Shown: piece after piece, positions 9,680-18,100 of the stretch
Numbering within the stretch: position 1 is the stretch's first letter
Layout of the letters: the number at the start of each line of letters is the position of its first letter
DNA from: a candidate division TM6 bacterium GW2011_GWF2_28_16
Lineage (GTDB): Bacteria > Patescibacteriota > Microgenomatia > UBA1400 > PJMF01
Length of the DNA: 64,000 nucleotides
Assembly (NCBI GenBank): GCA_001029715.1
Contig: CP011212.1
Location: forward strand, 67,407-131,406
Direction of reading: 5' to 3'
Program-made: the position numbers and the translations under genes
Notes under the pieces: generated by a model
Told to the model about the DNA's origin: nothing
The model's input: the letters and a program-made list of their open reading frames with translations, nothing else
The model's database searches: none

Positions 9680-10099
9680 TTAAAAACCCATATTAATGCC
9701 GGTTAGAAGTTGAATGATTTGCATAATCCAGTAAGCTGCAAACATAATAATAAAGCCAAGTACAGCAGAAGTCATGGTGGTTTTGGCTTTTTCCGCATCT
9801 TTTCCACCTCCTTGAATCATTGCAAATCCAGCGCCGACAATCATGACAAATAGAACTAAGCCCGCGCCGACAAAGAGTACTTTGACAATTAAATTTAGCA
9901 TGTCATCGGTACTATTAAAAACATCCTTGACTGGCGTGCCGTCTTTGAGAATGAGTTTCTCTCCCAGAGAAATTTCAACTTCTTCTACTTGTGCTGAGCT
10001 AGTAGCCCCAACGGCTAAAGCTAGAGGCGTTTTTATAAAAGAAAAATTAAAGACAAAAGCCGAGAAAAGAAGTAAAAATAATAAAAATTTGTTCTTCAT
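9680..10099 (-). CDS. TrbC/VirB2-like T4SS-pilin-family protein (paralog 7)
   Basis: Has a signal peptide and the core GAGFAMIQGGGKDAEKAKTTMTSAVLGFIIMFAAYWIM. Confidence 0.65.
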   Translation of the reverse strand: MKNKFLLFLLLFSAFVFNFSFIKTPLALAVGATSSAQVEEVEISLGEKLILKDGTPVKDVFNSTDDMLNLIVKVLFVGAGLVLFVMIVGAGFAMIQGGGKDAEKAKTTMTSAVLGFIIMFAAYWIMQIIQLLTGINMGF

Positions 10100-10139
10100 T
10101 GAAAATTATTATATTAGCTATATCGATATGTTTCTAGTG

Positions 10140-10145
10140 TAAAAT
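10140..10145 (+). promoter_or_regulatory. -10-like TAAAAT placed 7 nt before the sigma-factor ATG (possible leaderless transcript)
   Basis: The sequence is gtgTAAAATagagctaATG. There is no Shine-Dalgarno between the element and the start codon. Confidence 0.3.
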
Positions 10146-10152
10146 AGAGCTA

Positions 10153-10713
10153 ATGCAAGATTTAACTCGTTTTGTTGGTTTCGACAATGAAGCAATTTTA
10201 GTGGAAGCCTTAAAGAATGGTAATGAATTGGCTGTCGAGTATTGGTTTAAAAAATATCGTCTTAAACTGAAAAAAATTGCTATTTTAAAAGTTCCTAGTC
10301 AAACGCAAGCTGCGGAAATTGTTCAAGAAACTTTCATTAATTGTCTACAAACCCTTAATTTATTTAAAGGTAATTCTTCACTTTTAACTTGGATGCAAAG
10401 CGTTATGCGTCATGAAATTGCTGACTTTTATCGCAAACGTTACGCAAAGAAATTTATTCAAACCATTCCTCTGAGTGATTTTCTTCTTGAACAGAACTAT
10501 AAAGATGCGGCGTCATCTGCAGAATTAGTAAGTCTGGTGCTTAAGAAAATGCTAAAAGAAAATCGAGAATTATTATTAAAAAAATATGTGGATTGTAAAA
10601 AAGTTAAAGATATTGCTTTCGAGATGGGTAATACCAGCAAAGCAGTTGAATCAAATTTGTTTAGAGCAAGACAAGAATTCAAGGCTTTGTGGTTAGAATT
10701 AGAAACAAAATGA
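10153..10713 (+). CDS. ECF-type RNA polymerase sigma-70 family factor
   Basis: Region 2 is recognisable (QETFINCLQTL..F....SLLTWMQSVMRHEIADFYRKR), as is the region 4 HTH (VKDIAFEMGNTSKAVESNLFRARQEFK). Confidence 0.85.
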   Translation: MQDLTRFVGFDNEAILVEALKNGNELAVEYWFKKYRLKLKKIAILKVPSQTQAAEIVQETFINCLQTLNLFKGNSSLLTWMQSVMRHEIADFYRKRYAKKFIQTIPLSDFLLEQNYKDAASSAELVSLVLKKMLKENRELLLKKYVDCKKVKDIAFEMGNTSKAVESNLFRARQEFKALWLELETK

Positions 10714-10904
10714 TAGAAAATAATTTTTTAAAGTTACTTAAAGATACTGCCAAAGAACAGAGTTATTTGGGTCAGGAAAAGCTAATTCCAGATCAACTAA
10801 GTGATCTGGCTAATTTTGTTGCCAATCATTTATGGCAAACGGCTTTGTTTTTAGCCTTTTTATCGACGATTTTATTAAATTTTTTAGCCACAATTAGACC
10901 ATGA
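10710..10904 (+). CDS. small single-pass membrane protein, candidate anti-sigma factor
   Basis: An ATGA overlap with the sigma gene stop indicates translational coupling. There is a C-terminal TM (LWQTALFLAFLSTILLNFL). The call rests on position only. Confidence 0.4.
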   Translation: MIENNFLKLLKDTAKEQSYLGQEKLIPDQLSDLANFVANHLWQTALFLAFLSTILLNFLATIRP

Positions 10905-11221
10905 AACATAAACAAAATAAATTTCTAATGATTTTTGACTCAATCATTTATTCCAGCGGACAAATGTTCCTTGGTTTGCTTTTGCATCCTTACCGCAGTA
11001 CTCAGCTTTTAGTTAAGAACAAGCTTTTATTACCATTTATTTTTTATCCTTTTTTAATTGCTTCCTTTTTTTATTTATTTATGCGAATTGATTTGATTTT
11101 GGGTTTTTACCAGAGTAACTTTTTCTTTAAATTTGCTTATCAAACGTTTTTATTCTTTTGTTTTTATTGGCAGATAGCTCTTTTTTATCTATGGTTTCGT
11201 TTTAGCAGGGTTTTTAATTAA
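10901..11221 (+). CDS. hypothetical multi-pass membrane protein
   Basis: Three hydrophobic segments and a 4-nt overlap with the upstream gene. No family recognised. Confidence 0.4.
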   Translation: MKHKQNKFLMIFDSIIYSSGQMFLGLLLHPYRSTQLLVKNKLLLPFIFYPFLIASFFYLFMRIDLILGFYQSNFFFKFAYQTFLFFCFYWQIALFYLWFRFSRVFN

Positions 11222-11222
11222 A

Positions 11223-12305
11223 ATGTTAATTAAATCTTTAGCTCTCCAAAATTTTCGCAATTTTTCTTTGATTAATTTCAGTTTTGAAAAAACTAATCTA
11301 ATTTTTGGCGAGAATGGCATTGGCAAGACCTCAATTATCGAAGCAATTTATTTATTGGCGAGTGCCGATAGCTTTAGAGCTGGTAAAGTCGAAGAAATGA
11401 TTCGTTTGGAAGCAGATTTGGGAAGAGTTCAGGGCTTAATTGATTTAGAGGGTCTCGGTGATGAAGAAAGTGAAGAACTAAAATTAGAAGCAATGCTGAC
11501 AAGAGGGATGGTTCAAGGAAAAAAAACTCAATATCGTTTATTTTCTGTTAACGATATTAGGCGTAGAAAAAAAGATTTTTTAGCTTTTTTTAAAGCAGTG
11601 GTTTTTAGACCAGAAGACCTACGCTTAGTAGAAGGTTCACCATCAAGAAGACGTAGTTTTTTAGATACAGCTTTAATAATGATTTCTGATGAATATCGAT
11701 CCGCTTTATCTAGATACGAGCAAACTCTAAAACGTAGAAATAGATTGTTACAAAAAGTTAATGAAGGCAAAGAGGGCCGAGAGACTCTTAATTTTTGGAA
11801 TACAAATTTAGTTAAAAATGGTGAATTTCTCCAAGCTCAGAGATCGAACCTAATTGATTTTATTAGCGAAGTGGTTTTTCCTTTTGAACTCAACATTGAA
11901 TATATTCCCTCTATAATTTCTGAAAAAAAGTTGCTAGAGCACTTAGATAAAGAGATTTTTCTTGGACACACTTTAATCGGGCCACATAAAGATGATTTTT
12001 TACTTAAGTTTTCACAGGAAGAAAAAGGTATTGATGACCTTAGTCTTTTGGCTTATGGCTCTAGAGGACAGCAACGACTGGGTGTTTTATGGCTTAAAAT
12101 AGCTGAATTACAGTTTTTGACTGATAAAATTGGTTACCAACCAGTGCTTTTGCTTGATGATATTTTGTCAGAGCTTGATATACACAGCAAAGATATGGTA
12201 CTCGATTTATTATCAAATTATCAGACTATTTTGACGACAGCAGACGCTGATGTTCTAGCAGACCTGCGTAGTCGAGTAAAAGATTTGAATCTAATTATCT
12301 TGTAA
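11223..12305 (+). CDS. recF: DNA replication/repair protein RecF
   Basis: Shows LALQNFRNF.., a Walker A (GENGIGKTSIIEAIYLLA), the signature region GSRGQQR and a Walker B (LLLDDILSELD). Confidence 0.92.
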   Translation: MLIKSLALQNFRNFSLINFSFEKTNLIFGENGIGKTSIIEAIYLLASADSFRAGKVEEMIRLEADLGRVQGLIDLEGLGDEESEELKLEAMLTRGMVQGKKTQYRLFSVNDIRRRKKDFLAFFKAVVFRPEDLRLVEGSPSRRRSFLDTALIMISDEYRSALSRYEQTLKRRNRLLQKVNEGKEGRETLNFWNTNLVKNGEFLQAQRSNLIDFISEVVFPFELNIEYIPSIISEKKLLEHLDKEIFLGHTLIGPHKDDFLLKFSQEEKGIDDLSLLAYGSRGQQRLGVLWLKIAELQFLTDKIGYQPVLLLDDILSELDIHSKDMVLDLLSNYQTILTTADADVLADLRSRVKDLNLIIL

Positions 12306-13122
12306 TTTGTTTGCGGGTTATTTCTAACTCTTGCCACAAAACTTCTGGAATTATTTCTACTAGATCACTACTATTGAAAAAAGTTCCCTGTTTTTTGTAA
12401 AGTTCTTCAGCTGATTTTTTATTAATGTAGCTGGCGACCAAGCAGCTCTCCAAGGCTTCACTTTTACAATAAAATGCGGCTAAAAGACCAGCTAAAACAT
12501 CCCCCGTGCCACCTTTAGTCATGCCGGCATTGCCACCCTCAACTTCAATTTCCTCTGGATTTTGAGGCTTAAAGATTTTATCAGTTTGTCCTTTGAGTAA
12601 ACAAAAACAATTAGCTTGATAATTTACCTCGTTAAATAAATTGTTTTTTTTTTGCAATAGCACCATCTCCTGATGATGTGGAGTAATGATATGATTTTTG
12701 TTTAGCAATTTTACGTCAAGCATTTGCAATGCTCCGGCGTCAATAACCCATTTTTTATTTGGATATTTTTTTAGCAAATTATTAATCAATCTCTTAGTAT
12801 AAAAAGACCGATCCATGCCTGGGCCAATCAAAACAGCATCAGCCTCGTCAATATAATTTTTGATTTGTTTGCGACTAATAACGATGCCATTCCAGAATTT
12901 TTCTTTTGCCTCATTGATCAATTTATTATTACTTGGAACTGAAGAGTAAAAAACCATGTCAACGATTTTACTTGCAATATCTAAGCTCCACTTACTGGCA
13001 GCATGAAATAATTCACTACCACCGATAATTAGCAATTTACCATTTTGGCCTTTATGAGAATTACTTTTTGGCAAAGAGAGTTGCGCAAGGGCAAGCTCTA
13101 GAGCTTGTATTTTTTTATTCAT
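12295..13122 (-). CDS. nnrD: ADP-dependent NAD(P)H-hydrate dehydratase (YjeF C-terminal family)
   Basis: Shows HKGQNGKLLIIGGS..FHAASKWS and GNAGMTKGGTGDVLAGLLAAF. Confidence 0.85.
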   Translation of the reverse strand: MNKKIQALELALAQLSLPKSNSHKGQNGKLLIIGGSELFHAASKWSLDIASKIVDMVFYSSVPSNNKLINEAKEKFWNGIVISRKQIKNYIDEADAVLIGPGMDRSFYTKRLINNLLKKYPNKKWVIDAGALQMLDVKLLNKNHIITPHHQEMVLLQKKNNLFNEVNYQANCFCLLKGQTDKIFKPQNPEEIEVEGGNAGMTKGGTGDVLAGLLAAFYCKSEALESCLVASYINKKSAEELYKKQGTFFNSSDLVEIIPEVLWQELEITRKQITR

Positions 13123-13237
13123 CTATTTGATTCTAACTTATTCTTTAGTTTTTGAGGACTTAGCTTTTATTCTGCTTTTATTGTAGATTATGCAAGAATC
13201 TTCCCAAAACCAACAAACTAGTTTAAAATCACACTAA

Positions 13238-14329
13238 ATGTATCAACCGAAGTTTAAGATTACCAATCACTTACTTGCCTACATTTCTTCCATTGAATCC
13301 GCCAAAGCCCTAATCGATCATTCTGCTCTCGTTCCTTCTTGGGAAGCAAAGTTTCGTGATGAAGCAATGATGAGGAGTGTCCATTTTGGTACTCACATCG
13401 AGGGAAATGAACTTAGTGCTGATCAAGCTGGCAAAGTTGTTCAGTTAAAAAATACCAGCAATCCGCAAATAGTGGTTGATCAAACTGGGATTATTGCTAG
13501 AGATAGAGATATTCAAGAAGTAATTAATTATCGCAACGTAATTGCTTGGATTGATCAGCGCCCAATTAAAAAATCTGGCGAAGATCTTAATTTAGAAACT
13601 CTAATGAGTTTACATAAATTAACCATGCAAAAACTCTTACCAGAGGAACAAATTGCTGTTTTTCGTGAAAAACAAGTCATCGTCAGAGGAGCGGCTAGTG
13701 GAAGCGTGGTTTTTCGTCCACCGGTTTCAGTAGAAGTGCCATTCTTAATTGAAGATTTCTTCACTTGGTTAAATAGTCCAGAAGCTTTAGAACTGCATCC
13801 GGTTTTTAGAGCTGCTATTACTCATTACAGCTTGGTTTATATTCATCCTTTTGTTGAAGGCAATGGTCGAGTGGCCAGGGCTTTTGCTACTTTTGTGCTT
13901 TACAGCTCTGGTTACGATTTTAAGCGTTTTTTTTCAATTGAAGAATATTTTGACAGCGATGTTGAAGCTTATTATCAGGCTCTTTTATCAGCTCAACAGA
14001 GCAGTGATAAAGACCTAACATACTTTTTGGAATATTTTGCTTATGGTTTGGCTTTGGAAATCGACAAGGTTAAACAAAAAGTTTTAAAGCTTTCTCAAGA
14101 TCTGAAAATCCAGCGTGAACTTGGTCAACAAGTAGCTTTATCTGAACGTCAGATCATTATTTTAGAAATTCTACAGAATCAGGGGCAGATGACGTCTGAT
14201 GATGCTCAAAAAGCTTTGCCCAATGTTTCTGTCGATACGATTTTGCGCGACTTAAAAGATTTAATCAGTAAAGGTGTGGTACAAAAACGAGGTGTCACTA
14301 AGGGTGTGAGTTACACTTTAATTAACTAA
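13238..14329 (+). CDS. Fic family protein (AMPylase-type) with C-terminal winged-helix domain
   Basis: The Fic motif HPFVEGNGRVARAF (HxFx[D/E]GNGR) is present. There is an N-terminal Fic_N-like ..THIEGN.. helix and a C-terminal HTH-like tail (ILRDLKDLISKGVVQKRG). Confidence 0.88.
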   Translation: MYQPKFKITNHLLAYISSIESAKALIDHSALVPSWEAKFRDEAMMRSVHFGTHIEGNELSADQAGKVVQLKNTSNPQIVVDQTGIIARDRDIQEVINYRNVIAWIDQRPIKKSGEDLNLETLMSLHKLTMQKLLPEEQIAVFREKQVIVRGAASGSVVFRPPVSVEVPFLIEDFFTWLNSPEALELHPVFRAAITHYSLVYIHPFVEGNGRVARAFATFVLYSSGYDFKRFFSIEEYFDSDVEAYYQALLSAQQSSDKDLTYFLEYFAYGLALEIDKVKQKVLKLSQDLKIQRELGQQVALSERQIIILEILQNQGQMTSDDAQKALPNVSVDTILRDLKDLISKGVVQKRGVTKGVSYTLIN

Positions 14330-14346
14330 GCTGTTAAAATGGTCTT

Positions 14347-16206
14347 ATGTTTTTCAGAGATTTTTCTATTTATTTGCAGAAAATTGAGGCAGTTTCTGCT
14401 CGTTTGAGCATTACTGCTATTTTAGCTGATCTTTTTAAGGATCTATCAGTTGGCCAGCAAGATCCAGACGAAATTGTTTTAGCCACTTATCTAATGCAGG
14501 GGAGTTTAGTACCCTCTTATTTATCTTTAGAATTTCAAATGTCAGAAAAAATGTTGATTAAAACTTTGGCAAGAGTTCAGGGCAAAGATAATAATTTTAA
14601 ATCAAACAATTCAGATAATCTTTTTGCAGAAGTGGATCAAAATTTATTTGAGGATCATTCTGTTTTAGAGAAAAAGTTGAGTGTCGAATATAAAAAAATA
14701 GGTGACATTGGTGAACTTTTTGAAAAAGTTTTAACCGAATTTTCATCTGATAAAACTTTGAGTGAGCAGCTTTCAATCACTCAAGTCCATCAATTCTTAA
14801 GTGAACTGGCCACTACTTCTGGACTCGGCTCTCAGGACAAAAAAATTGAATTACTTGCCAATTTACTACAAAAATTAGATCCTCTTTCTGCTCGGTACAT
14901 CAGTCGTATTATTTTAAGCAAAATGCGTCTTGGTTTTTCGACTATGACTCTGATAGATTCACTTTCTTTCGTCAAAAATAATGATAAAAGTGATAGCGCC
15001 AACTTAGAAAGAGCTTTTTTTAAAAAAGCAGATTTAGGTAAGTTGGCTAAGGCTTATTTATTAGATCATAGAGACTTAAATAGTGATGAATTATTGAAAA
15101 CTTATCAAGTGGAACTGGGTGTTCCAGTTTTGCCTGTGCTTTGTCAACGTCTCAATAGCGCTCAAGAAATTATTGAAAAAATGGGTGAAGTGCTTGCAGA
15201 GCCAAAATATGATGGTTTGAGAGTGCAGATTCATATCAACAAGGAAAAATTTGCTGACAGTGGTTTGCTTTATAAAGCTTTTACTAGAAATTTAGAAGAT
15301 GTTACTCATATGTTTCCAGAGTTGGCGGAGGTGGCCTCGGCATTAAAGGTCAAAAATTGCATTTTAGACACTGAGGCAATTGGAATAGATAAAAAAACCG
15401 GCAAGTTTTTATCTTTTCAAGAAACAATTCAGCGTAAGCGTAAACACGACATCTCAGCCAAAGCTCTAGAGGTGCCAATTTGTTTTTATGCTTTTGATTT
15501 GCTTTTGTTAGATGATCAGGTTTTGATTGATCGAGATTTGCTGGCTAGAAAAGCCAAATTAAATGAAGTTTTGAAAGATTCGGAATTTATCAAAAAAACT
15601 GAATATTCTCTGATTAGTGATCCGAGTGAATTAAAATCTTTTCATGAGCAACAACTTAATTTGGGTTTAGAGGGTGCCGTCATGAAACAGGGGAGTTCAG
15701 CCTATATTTCTGGTAGAAAATCTTGGCGTTGGGTCAAAATTAAAGAAGAAGAAGGTAGTCAAGGTAAACTCTCTGATACCATTGATTGCTTGATGCTGGG
15801 TTATTACCTTGGCAAAGGTAAAAGACAAGTTTTTGGAATAGGCGCTTTATTAGTGGGAGTTCTGGATAAAGACAAAGATGGCAATTTAGTGGTTAGATCT
15901 CTTTCCAAAATTGGAACTGGTTTGACTGATGAGCAGTTTCGTGAAGTTAAAAACTTAGCGGATAAATATCCAAGTAAAGATAATCAAAAACCAACTTTGT
16001 ATGATGTCGATAAAAATTTATTTCCTGATGTTTGGCTTGAGCCGCGTTTGGTTTTAGAAATTGCTGCTGATGAAATTAGCAAATCGCCAATTCACTCTGC
16101 AGGAGTAGCTTTGCGTTTTCCAAGATTAGTTCAAATTCGTTACGATAAAAGTTTCGAAAATGCTACTACTCTTGAGGAGTTGTCTTCAATTCATATTGCT
16201 GGCTAA
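14347..16206 (+). CDS. ATP-dependent DNA ligase, Lig1/archaeal type with N-terminal DNA-binding domain
   Basis: Shows the adenylation motif I AEPKYDGLRVQIH (KxDG), motif EGAVMK, and motif V/VI WVKIK .. LRFPR. Confidence 0.88.
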   Translation: MFFRDFSIYLQKIEAVSARLSITAILADLFKDLSVGQQDPDEIVLATYLMQGSLVPSYLSLEFQMSEKMLIKTLARVQGKDNNFKSNNSDNLFAEVDQNLFEDHSVLEKKLSVEYKKIGDIGELFEKVLTEFSSDKTLSEQLSITQVHQFLSELATTSGLGSQDKKIELLANLLQKLDPLSARYISRIILSKMRLGFSTMTLIDSLSFVKNNDKSDSANLERAFFKKADLGKLAKAYLLDHRDLNSDELLKTYQVELGVPVLPVLCQRLNSAQEIIEKMGEVLAEPKYDGLRVQIHINKEKFADSGLLYKAFTRNLEDVTHMFPELAEVASALKVKNCILDTEAIGIDKKTGKFLSFQETIQRKRKHDISAKALEVPICFYAFDLLLLDDQVLIDRDLLARKAKLNEVLKDSEFIKKTEYSLISDPSELKSFHEQQLNLGLEGAVMKQGSSAYISGRKSWRWVKIKEEEGSQGKLSDTIDCLMLGYYLGKGKRQVFGIGALLVGVLDKDKDGNLVVRSLSKIGTGLTDEQFREVKNLADKYPSKDNQKPTLYDVDKNLFPDVWLEPRLVLEIAADEISKSPIHSAGVALRFPRLVQIRYDKSFENATTLEELSSIHIAG

Positions 16207-16218
16207 TTCTGCCAACCA

Positions 16219-17325
16219 TTAGTTGAGAAGTCTGTCTATTTCTTTAAGCAAAATATTGATTGAATTTTGATTGTAAGCCTTAAGTTTTTTGATGTTTTTT
16301 GTAAAATCACTGATTTTCTCTGGATTCTCAATCAATTCTGCTAATTCTTTATTGGCTTTTTTGGCATTTTCTTCGACGATACCAATTTTAAAATCTCTAA
16401 TAATATCGAGATTACCATCTTCTTGACCATGGATGTGAGTAATAGCAAAAAACGGTTTTTCACAAGCCACGCTTTCAAATAAAGTATTTGGTCCAGCCTT
16501 ACCAACGATTAGATCGGCTGCCTGCATGTAGAGATGTAGCTCACTTGTATGATAAAGGGGAATAATTTCAGCCTTAGAAGAACTAAATTTGTCAAAACTC
16601 TGTTTGATACCAAGCATATTGTTATAAAGAAATTTATTTTTACCGCAGCTAATAATAAAGTTAACTTTTTGTTCACAGTTAATAATTGTTGGTAAAATTT
16701 TTAGAATAGCATTGGAACCCTCTGATCCAGAAACAATTAAAAAGGTCAAATCATTGCTAATTTTTAATTTTTTTCTAATTGTTTTTCGATCGTAATTATT
16801 TTCAAATTTACTTCTGATAAACCAGCCAGCCTTTTTCATATTTTTGTTTTTGTATTGTTTTACAAGATAATCATCAAAAACAAAATTGGAGTCAGCTTTT
16901 TCTGAAATTGTCAAAGAATGAACCGTTTTTGGATCAGTAACAATATTGATGAAAGGAATACCTTTTTGTTGAAATTTTTCTAGAATGGGATTACATTCAA
17001 AATAAGTACTTATACATAGGTTAATTTTATTTTTTTTGATAAAATCTGTTATTTCTTTATCGTAGTTCATTAAAAAATAAGCATCCGCCAATTTTCTAGC
17101 ACTCTTATCTTTTTGTGTTATTTTGGAGCTCCAATGAAAAGAAGAACCAATTGAAGTGGGGTTTATTTTAAATAAGTAGTCATAAGTTAAGTCCAACGCG
17201 CTTCGTTTGATAAAAAAGATTTTAATTGAATATTTATTTTTAGCATTTTCTTCAATTTTTTCTGCAATTGCCTTGGCTATGCTTTCGTGACCGTAGATGC
17301 TAGTAAAGATTCCAATGGTTTTCAT
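16219..17325 (-). CDS. glycosyltransferase, MGDG-synthase / GT28 (MurG-like C-terminal) family; probable glycolipid synthase
   Basis: The N-terminus is GIFTSIYGHESIA... The C-terminal GT-B block reads LIVSGSEGS ... ADLIVGKAGPNTLFESVACEKPF. Confidence 0.65.
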   Translation of the reverse strand: MKTIGIFTSIYGHESIAKAIAEKIEENAKNKYSIKIFFIKRSALDLTYDYLFKINPTSIGSSFHWSSKITQKDKSARKLADAYFLMNYDKEITDFIKKNKINLCISTYFECNPILEKFQQKGIPFINIVTDPKTVHSLTISEKADSNFVFDDYLVKQYKNKNMKKAGWFIRSKFENNYDRKTIRKKLKISNDLTFLIVSGSEGSNAILKILPTIINCEQKVNFIISCGKNKFLYNNMLGIKQSFDKFSSSKAEIIPLYHTSELHLYMQAADLIVGKAGPNTLFESVACEKPFFAITHIHGQEDGNLDIIRDFKIGIVEENAKKANKELAELIENPEKISDFTKNIKKLKAYNQNSINILLKEIDRLLN

Positions 17326-17347
17326 GATCTGGCTATTATATACTTTA

Positions 17348-17509
17348 TTAAAACTTCACGCTTTGACGAGTCACGGCAGACTAAAATTATTGGTGAAACA
17401 AATTAACAATCTTTGTCTGCCTCGGAGAAGTCGCTGTTTATAAACAATTATTTAGAGTTAAGCTGTTTCCCAGCTCCTTCTAGGGACTCTTTAAAGCGTG
17501 AAGTTTTAA
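17348..17509 (+). other. 162-nt element closed by a 25-bp inverted repeat (structured RNA or MITE-like element)
   Basis: 17348-17372 (ttaaaacttcacgctttgacgagtc) pairs with 17485-17509 as 23 Watson-Crick pairs, 1 G-U (plus sense) and 1 mismatch. Inner hairpins are ggcagac/gtctgcc (17375-81/17415-21) and agctg/cagct (17461-65/17471-75). It lies in the divergent spacer between the GT28-like gene and pth. Confidence 0.4.
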
Positions 17510-17526
17510 AATTTGGATAAATTGAT

Positions 17527-18081
17527 ATGAAAATAATCATGGGTCTTGGTAATCCGGGCAAAGAATATGAGCAGACTAGGCACAATGCTGGTTTTGCCCT
17601 GATTGATTATTTAGTAAAAAAATTCTCCCTCAGTCTTAAATTTGACAAGAAATTTAACGTGGAATACGTCAAAGCCGAAATTATTCAAAATGGAGTGGCT
17701 CAGGATATTTGCTTGATCAAGTCTATGACGTTTATGAATAGATCTGGTATAGCCTTAAGAGCTTTTTTAGATTATTTTTATCCAGAAATGCTTGAGGAAG
17801 ACGAGGGGAATCATTTGATCATTGCTCATGATGATCTCGATTTAGAATTAGGTCAATTTAAGCTTCAAAAAGGCAAGGGCCCAAAAATTCATAATGGCCT
17901 TGCTTCAATTTATGAAAATCTTAGACATAAGAATTTTTGGCATTTACGTCTCGGCGTAGATTCTAGAGCTGGCAATCGCAATATTGATCCGAGTAATTAT
18001 GTTTTGATGAAGCTAAATCAAGAAGAGAAAACCAGTTTAGAAAAGGTTATCATTGAGGTTTCAAGTTTACTTTTTAGTTGA
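17527..18081 (+). CDS. pth: peptidyl-tRNA hydrolase
   Basis: Shows MGLGNPGKEYEQTRHNAGF and the later ..HDDLDL..G.... block. Confidence 0.93.
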   Translation: MKIIMGLGNPGKEYEQTRHNAGFALIDYLVKKFSLSLKFDKKFNVEYVKAEIIQNGVAQDICLIKSMTFMNRSGIALRAFLDYFYPEMLEEDEGNHLIIAHDDLDLELGQFKLQKGKGPKIHNGLASIYENLRHKNFWHLRLGVDSRAGNRNIDPSNYVLMKLNQEEKTSLEKVIIEVSSLLFS

Positions 18082-18100
18082 GTTTTTATATTAAAGTCCT

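Noticed and set aside
13238-14329. Fic protein as part of a toxin-antitoxin or defence module
   Set aside because: There is no small adjacent antitoxin-like ORF. The protein carries its own N-terminal Fic_N-type helix (..HIEGN..) and a C-terminal wHTH, which fits a stand-alone regulated Fic enzyme.
17348-17509. Interpreting the inverted-repeat element as a known riboswitch or T-box leader for pth
   Set aside because: I could recognise no conserved riboswitch or T-box sequence features (specifier or T-box motif, known ligand-binding cores). A -10-like TAAAAT lies at the 3' edge of the element, so pth may be transcribed from downstream of it.
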